64,000 bases of DNA from positions 64,001-128,000 of IMG/VR virus record IMGVR_UViG_3300024312_000003; one strand, given 5' to 3'. Position 1 is the stretch's first letter. Each line of letters opens with the position of its first letter. The position numbers and the translations under genes are program-made. The DNA comes from a virus. This document shows positions 1-9,901 of this stretch, piece after piece. The notes beneath the pieces were generated by a model. It made no database searches. It was not told the DNA's origin and worked only from the letters and a program-made list of their open reading frames with translations.

Positions 1-288
1 CGAAGCGTGCGGATAGATCCCGGTGCCAAAGCTGATACTCAGATGTCCGATCGGTTCTTCAGCACTGACTTGCGCACTGAATTCATAAACCACTTTGACA
101 GGGCAGTTGGCGGGCATGGAATAGCCCTTGACCTGGATGGTGAATCGCTTTCCTTGCGTGTCCTTGATGGGTTTGTAGAATTGACAAACAAGCCCACTCA
201 TCGAATCGGCAGGGGAAGCGATTTGATGATTGCGACGATAACCTGCTTCAACGAAGTGTTGTTCTGTCAATTGAAATTGATTTTTCAC
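1..288 (-). CDS. Hypothetical protein, runs off window edge (not in ORF track); paralogous to C-terminal domain of 6332..7249
   Basis: GTG at 288 with upstream AGGAG; open to position 1 (MKNQFQLTEQHFVEAGYRR...FYKPIKDTQGKRFTIQV) resembling YQKKYKDSTGIKYFINI of 6332..7249. Confidence 0.7.
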   Translation of the reverse strand, partial: MKNQFQLTEQHFVEAGYRRNHQIASPADSMSGLVCQFYKPIKDTQGKRFTIQVKGYSMPANCPVKVVYEFSAQVSAEEPIGHLSISFGTGIYPHAS

Positions 289-374
289 GTCTTTCTCCTA
301 AGCTGTTGTTTAAAATTAATGATCGAATTATTGGTGGTTTTAGATTTCAACGATGTCTGTGTAAAACGTAGCTT

Positions 375-734
375 TCATGGCGGATTAAATCCATTTTGAA
401 TTGCCAAGAGTTTAAGTTCGTATTGAATTTTGTCAGAATCCAATACCTTCCACAATTCCATGACCTTGAAATCAACTCCATCAGAATATTGTTCTGGATT
501 TCGTTGTTTCAAAGTATCGCTGATTCGTTGGGCTTCAGATTCAGCGTACTCTCGAGACGAAAACGTCATGGCCATCAAGGAGTAGTTCTTTGAATCAGTT
601 GTCGTGACTCGTGCAAGGCGAATATCGAGTTTCTTATCGGAGTTTGGGGGTATAAAAGTGATCGGATCAATGAAACGATCAAAAAACGCCATTCCGGCAA
701 TGTAGTTTTTCCCAGTGGTTTCAAGAACGTACAT
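375..734 (-). CDS. Hypothetical protein
   Basis: ORF 375..782; ATG at 734 follows AAGGAAC and avoids overlap with next gene. Confidence 0.6.
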   Translation of the reverse strand: MYVLETTGKNYIAGMAFFDRFIDPITFIPPNSDKKLDIRLARVTTTDSKNYSLMAMTFSSREYAESEAQRISDTLKQRNPEQYSDGVDFKVMELWKVLDSDKIQYELKLLAIQNGFNPP

Positions 735-744
735 GCCTAGTTCC

Positions 745-1104
745 TTATCGAGGAGTTTGCTCATTGATGCTTGCAAAAGCAATCTTGCGAGCTTTGTGTT
801 CTGCCGCCAATCGCATTGCTTTGTCCAGCTCTTCTTGAAAGATTTTGTCGGCGTGATCCTTCATGTATTGTTCCCATTTGGGATCAAGCGCAGTCTCAGT
901 CAAGTAACCGTTGATTTGCTTGAGAATCAAACCTTCATCAGGATGTTGAAGAGAGTATCCCTTTCGATGCTTGTCGTGAAAGAGAATTCGGATTTGATCC
1001 AGCAATTTCTCTTTGGCGGTAGCCAGCAGAGTCCGTTCAGCATCACCTTGCAGTTTTTGCATCATGGACTCGATGAACTTTTGATCAATTTTGATGAGAG
1101 ACAT
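745..1104 (-). CDS. Hypothetical helical protein
   Basis: Co-directional packed ORF. Confidence 0.65.
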   Translation of the reverse strand: MSLIKIDQKFIESMMQKLQGDAERTLLATAKEKLLDQIRILFHDKHRKGYSLQHPDEGLILKQINGYLTETALDPKWEQYMKDHADKIFQEELDKAMRLAAEHKARKIAFASINEQTPR

Positions 1105-1495
1105 ATTTTTGATTCAGAATGTGAATTTGATCGATGATCTTTTCTTCAAGAATATCGATGAAAGGTTGTTTTCCTTCCATCGCCAGATGACTCTTAGGTT
1201 GAAGAGATTCCAACCAATTCTTGAATTCATAAACACCATTGAGTGTGGTTCGGAAACTCAACGAATGTACACCACCGTTGTGAGGATAGCCGAAACGACT
1301 CTCCCAAGGAAGTCCAGGCCAGTTGTTTTGACAACTGTAGTACAAATAGCCTAGAAAATAGCCAGCGGGTTCGTGTTGGGGTTGAGACATGTCGATTCGT
1401 ACGATTTTATCGTCGAATACGCCGAGTTGCCAACGAAAGTATTCAGTCATCATGACTGTATGGCCAAGTTCATTGAGTTGTTCGGTAATTTTCAT
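1085..1495 (-). CDS. Hypothetical protein
   Basis: Co-directional packed ORF. Confidence 0.65.
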   Translation of the reverse strand: MKITEQLNELGHTVMMTEYFRWQLGVFDDKIVRIDMSQPQHEPAGYFLGYLYYSCQNNWPGLPWESRFGYPHNGGVHSLSFRTTLNGVYEFKNWLESLQPKSHLAMEGKQPFIDILEEKIIDQIHILNQKYVSHQN

Positions 1496-1573
1496 GGTGT
1501 ATTTTCTATTGTTTTAATATCGCACAAACGACAAAAGGTGGAATAAATTCCATGCTTTACACAATTACCCATT

Positions 1574-1882
1574 TTAGATGACTGTTGTTTTTCTTGAAAG
1601 TTTAATTACATTACCGTTGTCGTCGATAACCGGTTTTGATTTAGGGAAGAAAATCAAACTGGTAACGGGAAAAGTAATGATGTCTTTCGGTTTAGGTTTT
1701 ACGCCGTTGATGATAACTGCGGATTGTTCAAGCCAGCGACGCACTTCGGAATTGCTTGCAGCAATGCATGGAGTCTCAATGGACATTGGAAGACTCGGAC
1801 GCATCGACAGAAGGAATTCAAAGGCAGTAGTCGGTTTTACTCGATTGATGTGAATGATTTGGTCTTCTGCGATTTGTGTCAT
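1574..1882 (-). CDS. Small S4-like RNA-binding domain protein
   Basis: ASNSEVRRWLEQSAVIING matches the S4 motif SxSEARRLIxQGAVxING (TyrRS C-terminal/Hsp15 type). Confidence 0.55.
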   Translation of the reverse strand: MTQIAEDQIIHINRVKPTTAFEFLLSMRPSLPMSIETPCIAASNSEVRRWLEQSAVIINGVKPKPKDIITFPVTSLIFFPKSKPVIDDNGNVIKLSRKTTVI

Positions 1883-1888
1883 GATTTT

Positions 1889-2647
1889 TCAACTGTTGCT
1901 TGAGATTGAATCCAGAACGTCACCAGTTTGTTTAAAGTACGGACTCATCAAAACTGTTTTTGACTTTCGATCAGCGTTCACATTTGGATTAGATTTTACC
2001 AAAGGACGAAGATGACTAATAGGGTTATCCATTGCAGCAAGATCCGGATACTTCTTAGACCCAGCCTTATAGATTGCTTGCTTAACATTAACGCCTGATT
2101 CTAGAACGATCTGATTGTCGTTCCAGCGAATCTGGTAAAGATTCGTAATACCATTGTCGTACCAAGCAATGTTTTCGATATTCTTTTCAGTATTAAAACC
2201 AGAACGTTCAAGCGCGTGATATAGATCGACACCTTCAACGACAGATCGAGTGTTGTCTTTCCAGTAAACAGTGTATTTTTTGATTTTGAATTTATTACCG
2301 TTTACTACTTTACTTTCCATCCGGTAGATGGCAAATTCTTCATTGACGTATTGGTTAGAAAGCCGTTCAGCTTCCAACTCAGCTTTTGTTTTAGAACTGT
2401 GGACACGGGGACGACTGGTGAATTGAGGAAATCCAGCATCAGTCATGCGCGCAATGATGAAATGCGTTTTTCTTCCATCATTTTGTTTCACATTTCGCAT
2501 TTCAGAAAGCATGAATCCCAACCAATATGCTTGAGTGGTTGGGTTGATGTAGTCGCTTTCTTCATTTTTACGGAAATCGAAATGTCCAATACACACTTTT
2601 TCGAATTCAGGTTGAAATTGTTTCGTCAAGATGGAACTGATCTTCAT
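1889..2647 (-). CDS. Multi-module hypothetical protein with two copies of a YWxD..R.VVEG module
   Basis: ORF 1889..2680, likely start MKISS at 2647; C-terminal modules resemble standalone gene 8582..8809. Confidence 0.65.
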   Translation of the reverse strand: MKISSILTKQFQPEFEKVCIGHFDFRKNEESDYINPTTQAYWLGFMLSEMRNVKQNDGRKTHFIIARMTDAGFPQFTSRPRVHSSKTKAELEAERLSNQYVNEEFAIYRMESKVVNGNKFKIKKYTVYWKDNTRSVVEGVDLYHALERSGFNTEKNIENIAWYDNGITNLYQIRWNDNQIVLESGVNVKQAIYKAGSKKYPDLAAMDNPISHLRPLVKSNPNVNADRKSKTVLMSPYFKQTGDVLDSISSNS

Positions 2648-2722
2648 GATGATTATTTCCTTTAGTTGTGAAAATAACAAGGTAAGGAGTCTTGTTACTT
2701 ATTTATTCCGGAATAAATAAGA

Positions 2723-2959
2723 TTAATCCGGAATATGGCATACACAAACATACTTCCAATGTCGTGTTGGAACATACATACTTGTTCCAACATTACCTGA
2801 ATGACTCCAACGTTTTGCTCCAGGATTCCATTGCAGAACGATTCGGCCAAAGTAATGGCCGTCACTATCGTAATGATCGAGCCAATGATGATTGGCTAGT
2901 TTTATTTCGTTTCCTGGAGGTTGAGGTTCGTCTTGAAATTCAGAATTTAGATTACCCAT
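2723..2959 (-). CDS. Hypothetical protein
   Basis: Co-directional packed ORF. Confidence 0.6.
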   Translation of the reverse strand: MGNLNSEFQDEPQPPGNEIKLANHHWLDHYDSDGHYFGRIVLQWNPGAKRWSHSGNVGTSMYVPTRHWKYVCVCHIPD

Positions 2960-3187
2960 TTAAACCTCTTCAACGACGATATTGACTTGCTTGGCCATTT
3001 CCAAAAGATCAGTGAGATTCATATTCTCAATTTTCTCTTGAATTTTAGCAACCAATTCGTTACGAATTTGATTCTGAGTGATGTGTGCTACTTCATCAGG
3101 GTACGGACGTGAGCCTTCGTCGTAGACAATGTAGGTTTTGTTATCAGAAGTATCAGTGATTTGAGGCATGTCGAGTCTTTCACTCAA
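2960..3187 (-). CDS. Hypothetical protein
   Basis: Co-directional packed ORF. Confidence 0.6.
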   Translation of the reverse strand: MSERLDMPQITDTSDNKTYIVYDEGSRPYPDEVAHITQNQIRNELVAKIQEKIENMNLTDLLEMAKQVNIVVEEV

Positions 3188-3212
3188 TGTGGTTCGTACG
3201 GAGTAAATCGTA

Positions 3213-3731
3213 TTAGTCTTTTATCGATTGAGCATTGTCAATTGACTTAGCGAAGAAATTTCTTTCAGCATCAGCTCCTGGATAAATAGTACCGGCTACG
3301 ATTTGATCGGACGGACATTCATTCTTTTGAATGTATTTATTTACAAACCTTTCATCGACTACACGATCAAACTTGATAGTGTATTGCGATCCATAGATGT
3401 GTTTATAGGTCCATTCTTTGCTGAGAACTGCGAGTTCTCCAGGAACATCTACTGGTTCCAAAGACTTAGCAGTGTATCCAGAAAAGATAGTCGTTGTCAT
3501 TTTTTCGAAATGAGCGTACTGTTTATTCTCAGCACTCTCGTGATTATCAGAGATGATTCTTTCGCATTCTCGAATCTTCTCTACCTTGTTTCGATCAGGA
3601 ACAAGAACATAGAGAGGCTCGCCGTCGCAATCCCTGTTGAGAATTGCGACGTAGGCCAAAATGTGTTGATCCCATTGATCGTGAAAGAAGCGAACTCGAT
3701 CATTGACAGCAAACCCATGTTTGATTTGCAT
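3213..3731 (-). CDS. Hypothetical protein
   Basis: ORF 3213..3848; likely start MQIKHGF at 3731. Confidence 0.6.
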   Translation of the reverse strand: MQIKHGFAVNDRVRFFHDQWDQHILAYVAILNRDCDGEPLYVLVPDRNKVEKIRECERIISDNHESAENKQYAHFEKMTTTIFSGYTAKSLEPVDVPGELAVLSKEWTYKHIYGSQYTIKFDRVVDERFVNKYIQKNECPSDQIVAGTIYPGADAERNFFAKSIDNAQSIKD

Positions 3732-3810
3732 GTTGTTTTCACGAATGGTTTTACCATTCTTTTCAACGAGACGATGAGTAACTTGTACATTAGACACTTT
3801 GATGTTCCTT

Positions 3811-4353
3811 TTAACTGGGGATTTTACACTGTTGATTGGAATTGGCAACCAACTCCATGCTCAAAGCTACCGCGAGTTGTTCGATACCGCCGTGTTGATC
3901 AATGGTGGATTTCATGGCTTCACGATGTTGATTGTCGAAGACAACCACATCATCACCCATTCGATAATCCGAATACCAAACACCACAGTAATCCATGGCC
4001 GCTTGTCGAATTTCTTGACTGTTCTTGATGCGGTATTCGCCTTCGATTTGCTCAACAAATCGAGTGACTGCTTCAGACTTCAGCATTTCGGCGACTCGTT
4101 CATATTGGTGGTTCCAGATGAGGAAGCGAGTCATTTCTTCGAAATGATACGTGATTTTTTGTCCTGTCTGAATTTCCCACATGCTGATGCCGAGAATGTC
4201 TTCAACGATGGCTTCTCGCAGTTCATCGTCGTCCATGGCGTCGATGGACCACATCACTTCACCATCGATGATTTCATGACGCACTGCACGAGAATCAATA
4301 CATTCAAGAAAAGCAGACGAGTTCTTGTGATCGGGATGAAAATCAAAGTTCAT
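3811..4353 (-). CDS. Hypothetical protein
   Basis: Co-directional ORF with biased codon usage. Confidence 0.65.
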   Translation of the reverse strand: MNFDFHPDHKNSSAFLECIDSRAVRHEIIDGEVMWSIDAMDDDELREAIVEDILGISMWEIQTGQKITYHFEEMTRFLIWNHQYERVAEMLKSEAVTRFVEQIEGEYRIKNSQEIRQAAMDYCGVWYSDYRMGDDVVVFDNQHREAMKSTIDQHGGIEQLAVALSMELVANSNQQCKIPS

Positions 4354-4393
4354 GATGGTTTATTCGTTTAAAGTTGAATTAGTTCAGATTGAA

Positions 4394-4840
4394 TCAGTTA
4401 TTCTTGATGATTTCACCAACAACTATTAGGGCGCTACCGAAATCACGATGAAGTGTTCCCTGATCTGAATCATTCCGTTTGATGATTACTTGTTTTTCAT
4501 TTAGAATGATGCTGATCTCAAAATCACCAGATGCGATTTTGATGGTCTTTTCAGTCGGTGTCTGGATCTGATCGACATTGTTGAGTTCGTAATGATTCTT
4601 ACGACTCGCATAGATGTCTTGATTGTGGCTGAACAATTCCCACTTCTTGAAGAAAGTGAAATAAGGAACATCGTTCTCACCCCACTCCACTGTTGCGAAG
4701 TCTTCCCCGCAATAGGTCAATCTACCCTCATTGACCAATACCACTGTTTCGACAATTCGAAGAGGAATGTTAATCGTATCGAGTTGGTGAAGAATTCGAC
4801 CAAGACTGCGACCGCTGTTTTTGTACTGACCGTATGCCAT
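4394..4840 (-). CDS. Hypothetical protein
   Basis: Start preceded by AAGGAAACTAAAATG, the strong RBS context repeated in this window. Confidence 0.7.
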   Translation of the reverse strand: MAYGQYKNSGRSLGRILHQLDTINIPLRIVETVVLVNEGRLTYCGEDFATVEWGENDVPYFTFFKKWELFSHNQDIYASRKNHYELNNVDQIQTPTEKTIKIASGDFEISIILNEKQVIIKRNDSDQGTLHRDFGSALIVVGEIIKNN

Positions 4841-4871
4841 TTTAGTTTCCTTTAGTAGGTGAGCGTTGAAC

Positions 4872-4951
4872 CAATTCTAATGATAATTTAGTATTGATTA
4901 TCATTAGAATTGACTCTTAGAGTCTAAGGGTGGAATCCACCCTTAGACTCT
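4872..4951. terminator. Two adjacent long-stem hairpins
   Basis: CAATTCTAATGATAAT/ATTATCATTAGAATTG (4872..4912) and AGAGTCTAAGGGTGGA..TCCACCCTTAGACTCT (4919..4951). Confidence 0.65.
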
Positions 4952-4952
4952 C

Positions 4953-5264
4953 TTATGTTTGAACCACAAAGACCCCGTCACTGACGCATACGTCCTTGTA
5001 CAGAATCCTGATCTGGTTACGCATGTTTCGAGTGATCACCGCGTAAAGCTTACCAGTTTCACGGCAGTGAATTTCTGCGATGGAAGCGCGATAGTCGTTC
5101 GCCTGCATGTGCTTGATGCAGTTCAGGACTGCCAAATCCACACGGGTGCTCAGATTCACCTTCATGATTTCTCGCTTGAAGGTGTACGTCGTCTCGATCG
5201 TCAAGATCTTCTTTTTGAGACGGTAGTTACCGTTGTGTGGTTTGGTGTCTTTTGCTTTTGCCAT
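4953..5264 (-). CDS. Hypothetical basic protein, probably highly expressed
   Basis: AAGGAAACTAAAATG start; GC-richer codon bias. Confidence 0.75.
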   Translation of the reverse strand: MAKAKDTKPHNGNYRLKKKILTIETTYTFKREIMKVNLSTRVDLAVLNCIKHMQANDYRASIAEIHCRETGKLYAVITRNMRNQIRILYKDVCVSDGVFVVQT

Positions 5265-5349
5265 TTTAGTTTCCTTGTTTGACTATTTTAATAATAGTCC
5301 GGTGGTTGAGTATTTATTATTTTTGTTTTAAAGAACGAAGTGGTGCTTC

Positions 5350-5733
5350 TTAATCTTCGATAGCACTGCGATAACCGGGCACCGAAGAGTACATCTCAGG
5401 AACCATGCCCCAGCGGAACCCAAACTCGGAGACGCAGGAGATGTCTTCCAAGTATTCGTCGATTTCAGAAAAGTCTTTGAAATTGATACTCAGGTATCCA
5501 CCTGTCACTTCGGAGAAATGCATGGGGAAATGCTTGAGTCCTTCAAAACTACTGTTCTTGAGAGGAATCATCTCAGAATGGTTGTTGAGGTAGTCGTAAA
5601 ACTCACCGGAGGTGACTACCACACCAACACTGTCGCCACGGGAAGCATAATGCTTACCCTTACCAACGATCTTGTTATCCTTGATGAAGAGAACTTCACC
5701 ATTCGTCATGTTCGAAAGTGCATTGTGATGCAT
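5350..5733 (-). CDS. Hypothetical protein
   Basis: Co-directional packed ORF. Confidence 0.65.
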   Translation of the reverse strand: MHHNALSNMTNGEVLFIKDNKIVGKGKHYASRGDSVGVVVTSGEFYDYLNNHSEMIPLKNSSFEGLKHFPMHFSEVTGGYLSINFKDFSEIDEYLEDISCVSEFGFRWGMVPEMYSSVPGYRSAIED

Positions 5734-5756
5734 GATTATTCCTTTATGATGATTTA

Positions 5757-6320
5757 TCAGATACTGACCAATCCGTAGTGTTTGATTTCAGGAATGTCCG
5801 GATAAGGACAATTCCATTCCAGTTTCTTGCTGAATCGAGTTGCGATTTCTTGATCGATTTCTTTGATCAAGCGAGCCACTCCCTCAACGATAACTGGCTC
5901 GCGGTCTCGATGAATGTTATCTTTGAGGAACTCGTACTGCTCACTGAGCAGATGATAATGAACCGCCTTGTGTTTCTCGATGGCCTGTGGTAACTTACCG
6001 GGTTCTACAACTACGCGGAACACTCGATCAGCTGTATCAGAGATTTGTCCGTACGATGCGTGTGGATACTGATTGCGGAAGGAGACACCATCGGCAGTCA
6101 GAATGTATCCGTCGTACTTCTTTTCGGGATTCTCCGAAGTATCATTTGCATCACCAACTTTGTGATGTTCGATGACTTCAAGCTCAATGATCTTGAACTT
6201 CCAATTCAAATGGGGGGTTGAAATAACATATCCAATCGAATTGATGATCATTTTAGTAGCTTCATCACTTTCATGATAGAAGCCAATTGCCAAAATCTTT
6301 TCATTGAGTTGATAACGCAT
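5757..6320 (-). CDS. Hypothetical protein, paralog of 10200..10757
   Basis: Both begin MRYQ(L/I)NE and share KII..LE and similar length. Confidence 0.7.
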   Translation of the reverse strand: MRYQLNEKILAIGFYHESDEATKMIINSIGYVISTPHLNWKFKIIELEVIEHHKVGDANDTSENPEKKYDGYILTADGVSFRNQYPHASYGQISDTADRVFRVVVEPGKLPQAIEKHKAVHYHLLSEQYEFLKDNIHRDREPVIVEGVARLIKEIDQEIATRFSKKLEWNCPYPDIPEIKHYGLVSI

Positions 6321-6331
6321 TTTGTTTCCTT

Positions 6332-7249
6332 TTACAAGAGTTCGCAGTAATAACCGCCGAGTTCACGATAGAGTTGTTCAGCGGTGTCTTGAGCTTCAAC
6401 AAAATCCACAACTGAACCACTTGTATTAATTGGGATTTTGACATCAATCCATTGACCGAGTTTAGAATTCGGGATACGAACTGACATGACCCATTGAAAC
6501 TCGTAACCAAGCTTCATGTCTTTGAAGCTTCGGAAGTCATATTGATCAATGTTGATGAAATACTTGATACCAGTCGAATCTTTGTATTTCTTCTGGTAAC
6601 ACTCAATCAGACCCGGCTTATTGGTGTATTTTCCAATTCCAACGTAGCCGGAGTTAACCAGAAACTCTGGAGTAATGGGTTGTTCTTTTTGTTTCATCAA
6701 CGCCTGAATGGCTTGGATGGACAAACCAGACCATTTGGTGGACGCGCGATACGGTCTGTCTGAATTGATTCGATCCAGGAAACAGTTGATAGCTTCTTGC
6801 AAACCCTTGGGAGTTTGTTGAAAGTATTGAGATTGGCTACTGTAGTATCCGACATTTTTATCATCAATCATTGTTCGTTCACCAAAACGAACAATGTAAC
6901 AGGATGTCTTGTTACCAGAATAACCAGCATTGAGTTCAAGCTCCAGAGTAACGATGTCTCCGGAATCAGAAATCCAAACCAGAAAGTCTTCACTCTTGTA
7001 TTGATCTTCTGGCAAGATTTCATACATGTCACCCTTCTCACGCATTTGGAAAATGATTTTATCATCCACTGTCAGATTGGTGATTTGAATGAACGGAACG
7101 ATGTAGCGCAGGGCTTCGTATTGGGTGGTTGAACATTCAGTTTCAATATCCTTACCATCTTGCATGTTAACAATCCAGTTATTTGTAGAAGGACTGCGAA
7201 CGATAGACTTGATCTTGATGGTCTTTTGAATGAGTTGATTGATATTCAT
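6332..7249 (-). CDS. Multi-domain hypothetical protein
   Basis: 305-aa ORF; C-terminal domain paralogous to 1..288. Confidence 0.7.
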   Translation of the reverse strand: MNINQLIQKTIKIKSIVRSPSTNNWIVNMQDGKDIETECSTTQYEALRYIVPFIQITNLTVDDKIIFQMREKGDMYEILPEDQYKSEDFLVWISDSGDIVTLELELNAGYSGNKTSCYIVRFGERTMIDDKNVGYYSSQSQYFQQTPKGLQEAINCFLDRINSDRPYRASTKWSGLSIQAIQALMKQKEQPITPEFLVNSGYVGIGKYTNKPGLIECYQKKYKDSTGIKYFINIDQYDFRSFKDMKLGYEFQWVMSVRIPNSKLGQWIDVKIPINTSGSVVDFVEAQDTAEQLYRELGGYYCELL

Positions 7250-7274
7250 GATTTTTTAAAAGATAATAGCTAGT

Positions 7275-7493
7275 TTATTGAATGTAAGGATGGAGTTCAG
7301 CGTATTCTGGGTGATTGCGATATTTGTTTTGGAAATTCTCAGCATCTCCAAGATCGGAGAAGTAAGCTTTTAGCAAGTCACCACTGGTTTGATAAGTCAT
7401 GTCCTTTCGATACCAGAAAGTAACAACGTACTTCGTATCTTCTTGCGGAATATCGATTCCACCTAGAGAAATGATGTCTTGATAATAGCTCAT
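7275..7493 (-). CDS. Small hypothetical protein, paralog of 11326..11538
   Basis: ISLGG...P.E.T...V......AYF....AE.F shared. Confidence 0.7.
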   Translation of the reverse strand: MSYYQDIISLGGIDIPQEDTKYVVTFWYRKDMTYQTSGDLLKAYFSDLGDAENFQNKYRNHPEYAELHPYIQ

Positions 7494-7533
7494 GATTTAT
7501 ACTTAATTTTAAACAAATGAAATATGCATACGG

Positions 7534-7571
7534 ACTAAATTGGAATAAGATTAATCTTATTCCAATTTAGT
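7534..7571. repeat. Perfect 38-bp palindrome
   Basis: ACTAAATTGGAATAAGATT|AATCTTATTCCAATTTAGT read directly. Confidence 0.9.
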
Positions 7572-7597
7572 TATATGTATCTGAAATTAATTTCATT
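7563..7597 (-). promoter_or_regulatory. Putative phage promoter motif (TACATATAAC core), copy 1
   Basis: AATGAAATTAATTTCAGATACATATAACTAAATTG, 31/35 identical to 15455..15489; upstream of a gene run. Confidence 0.55.
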
Positions 7598-7898
7598 GAA
7601 TTGGATTGTTTTTGAACATCTCCTTCACTTCATCAATTGTTTTATCGATAAAGATGGAAATAACTTTAAAATGCCATTCTTCCTGAGGAGGAAAAGGAAT
7701 GTTTGTGTTGAATATTTCTGTGAATGTTTTCCATCTCAGAGGAATCAGTTCAGGAGAAGAATAAGAGATAGATGATTTCAAACTTTCCAATTGATGAATG
7801 AAATCATTATTTTCCCCAGGAATTTCTTTCAAAATACTTTCGACAACATCCTCGATTTTTCTGTCAGACGGTGTTTGTTGTGTCATTCTAATTTCCAA
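7593..7898 (-). CDS. Hypothetical protein
   Basis: Co-directional ORF. Confidence 0.6.
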   Translation of the reverse strand: MEIRMTQQTPSDRKIEDVVESILKEIPGENNDFIHQLESLKSSISYSSPELIPLRWKTFTEIFNTNIPFPPQEEWHFKVISIFIDKTIDEVKEMFKNNPIQ

Positions 7899-7966
7899 TT
7901 AAATTGGTTGGTGATAGGGCTGGATTCAAATCCAGATTACCCCAAATGATGTTTTTCACAATTACC

Positions 7967-8200
7967 TCACTGAGTCATGTCGGTTCGAGAACGAACCATG
8001 GCTTTTGCTTTCTCATCGCTCTTTTCATTGTAGAGTCGATCGAGGAAGTTCTTGTCAGTATTGCAGCGCTCGAGTTTCATGAACTGATGAAAGCCCTGAC
8101 CCCAGCGCAAATGCTTGTTGTTGTGATGGTATTGCTGCACCATCGAATTGCTGAAAGTCACCATGCCGGTGTTGGAGATGTTGAAGTTTTCTTTTGCCAT
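7967..8200 (-). CDS. Hypothetical protein
   Basis: AAGGAAACTAAAATG start. Confidence 0.7.
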   Translation of the reverse strand: MAKENFNISNTGMVTFSNSMVQQYHHNNKHLRWGQGFHQFMKLERCNTDKNFLDRLYNEKSDEKAKAMVRSRTDMTQ

Positions 8201-8235
8201 TTTAGTTTCCTTTGATGTTTGTTTGGATTTCTGGA

Positions 8236-8559
8236 TTAATCGTCAATGAACTTAATCCAAGACTCACCAATTGGTTTGTAAATGTCGATCTTATCGAAGT
8301 ACTTGTTTCCTCGATGATCTTCCTTGGGAATGTCGTGAAAACCAATCAACTCCTTAGGAGCGTCACTGGTTTGATGATGATTCTCGTCGTAACCATTGGT
8401 GGTGTCAACCGAATGATAGACGTCAAGTTTTGCCTTACAATGCGGACAGATTCGGGTCTGAAACATCGATTCTGGCATGTGGTAGTTTGACAATGTTGCG
8501 TTTTCGGTGAAGTAGTGACCATTGACACAAATCACTTCTTCGTAACCGCGATATCCCAT
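8236..8559 (-). CDS. Putative zinc-binding protein
   Basis: ORF 8236..8730; likely start MGYRGY at 8559 after GAGG; C..GH and CPHC motifs. Confidence 0.55.
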   Translation of the reverse strand: MGYRGYEEVICVNGHYFTENATLSNYHMPESMFQTRICPHCKAKLDVYHSVDTTNGYDENHHQTSDAPKELIGFHDIPKEDHRGNKYFDKIDIYKPIGESWIKFIDD

Positions 8560-8581
8560 TTTAACCTCGTTGTACGTTTGA

Positions 8582-8809
8582 TCAGTTCGGATTGAAGACG
8601 GGAGTGGTACGAACCCACTCTTTACCAATTCGCTCGTAATTGGTATCTTCACCATTTGCGTAAAAGTCAATGGCTCGAGCTGCGCCAGCGCCGTAACCTG
8701 CCTTGGTGAACGCATCTTCAATGGTTTCACCGGTCACGACTTCTCGCTTACCATCCAGCCAGTAGATGGTGAATTTGTTCAGAGGCTTTTCTTCAGTATT
8801 AGTATTCAT
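8582..8809 (-). CDS. Small hypothetical protein (YWLDGKREVVTG module)
   Basis: ORF 8582..8917; likely start MNTNTEE at 8809. Confidence 0.65.
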   Translation of the reverse strand: MNTNTEEKPLNKFTIYWLDGKREVVTGETIEDAFTKAGYGAGAARAIDFYANGEDTNYERIGKEWVRTTPVFNPN

Positions 8810-8920
8810 GATTTTTCTTAAGAGATGTCTAAAATTCAAACGATGAGTCAGATGGATGAAATCATACAGCAGGAGAATACATGTATCGAGTATTCTCCTT
8901 TTTATGCTGTAAATCATGAT

Positions 8921-9421
8921 TTACATGATTGCTTCAATCCAAGGATTCACATTGAAAAGATCGAGATCTTCATTTTCCAACCAAGGTTCAACCGTGGACA
9001 GGAGGAAATTGTTGATCTTGTCGAAATTGACAGAAGCAATGAATTTTGGTTCAGCCAAAATCAACAATTTAACGACTTGAAGACGATTGAGTTCATGATT
9101 GAATCGATAACGAACGTGTTCGTCATTGATCGGATTGGTGAACTTCCAATACGCTGACTTAGGAGATTCCTTCCGAGGAAGCAACTTACGCTGCGAATCG
9201 ATGCCTTGAAACTTCTCGCTGATAATGCCCCAGTTGAACTGCTTTTGCAAACAATCAACAGGCATGGTTGTGAATGAACTGATTTCGGTGATCGAGTACG
9301 ATTTCACATCATGATTCTTTTCGACCATCATGATGACTTCGAACAAAGAGCTTTTATCCGAAACGCTGAGGTGATAACCAATGTTACCAACCCCACTTTG
9401 AATGTGAATGATGTATTGCAC
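8921..9421 (-). CDS. Hypothetical protein
   Basis: Co-directional packed ORF. Confidence 0.6.
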   Translation of the reverse strand: MQYIIHIQSGVGNIGYHLSVSDKSSLFEVIMMVEKNHDVKSYSITEISSFTTMPVDCLQKQFNWGIISEKFQGIDSQRKLLPRKESPKSAYWKFTNPINDEHVRYRFNHELNRLQVVKLLILAEPKFIASVNFDKINNFLLSTVEPWLENEDLDLFNVNPWIEAIM

Positions 9422-9426
9422 GATAA

Positions 9427-9888
9427 TTACTCCTTGAGTTTGGATTCGATGATTTTAACGAACTTATCTGTGAAATAAAATTCGTATTGAATTTCCTGAG
9501 ATGGGAGGTAACCGCATTCGCCAAAACAGAACAGAGTCTCTTTTGTGAATCGCATGGATCCGTGAATTCGTAAAATTTCGTTAGTAAATACAACGTCATC
9601 GTACGATCTCTCATAATGGTACGTTCTGGGAGATTTGAACATCTCAAAGAAGACAACCAGTTCTTTACCGAATTCCTTCTTCAAATCAAACACCACAGTT
9701 TTTGTTTCACTGTAGGGTCTGATACGGGATTGCATGTCTCCAGTGGCCTGGTAAAAACCATGTTCCGGAGTCATGAACATCACAAGACTTTTGTACAGCT
9801 TGATCTTTTGTTCGTCATTCAAAATACTCAGTCGTTGTGAGAGAGTGCCGTTCTCAGAAATGGCTTTGGAGAGTGCGTTTTTGAACAC
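9427..9888 (-). CDS. Hypothetical protein
   Basis: ORF 9427..9978; likely GTG start at 9888 after GAAGGA. Confidence 0.6.
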   Translation of the reverse strand: MFKNALSKAISENGTLSQRLSILNDEQKIKLYKSLVMFMTPEHGFYQATGDMQSRIRPYSETKTVVFDLKKEFGKELVVFFEMFKSPRTYHYERSYDDVVFTNEILRIHGSMRFTKETLFCFGECGYLPSQEIQYEFYFTDKFVKIIESKLKE

Positions 9889-9901
9889 GATTGTCCTTCT
9901 A

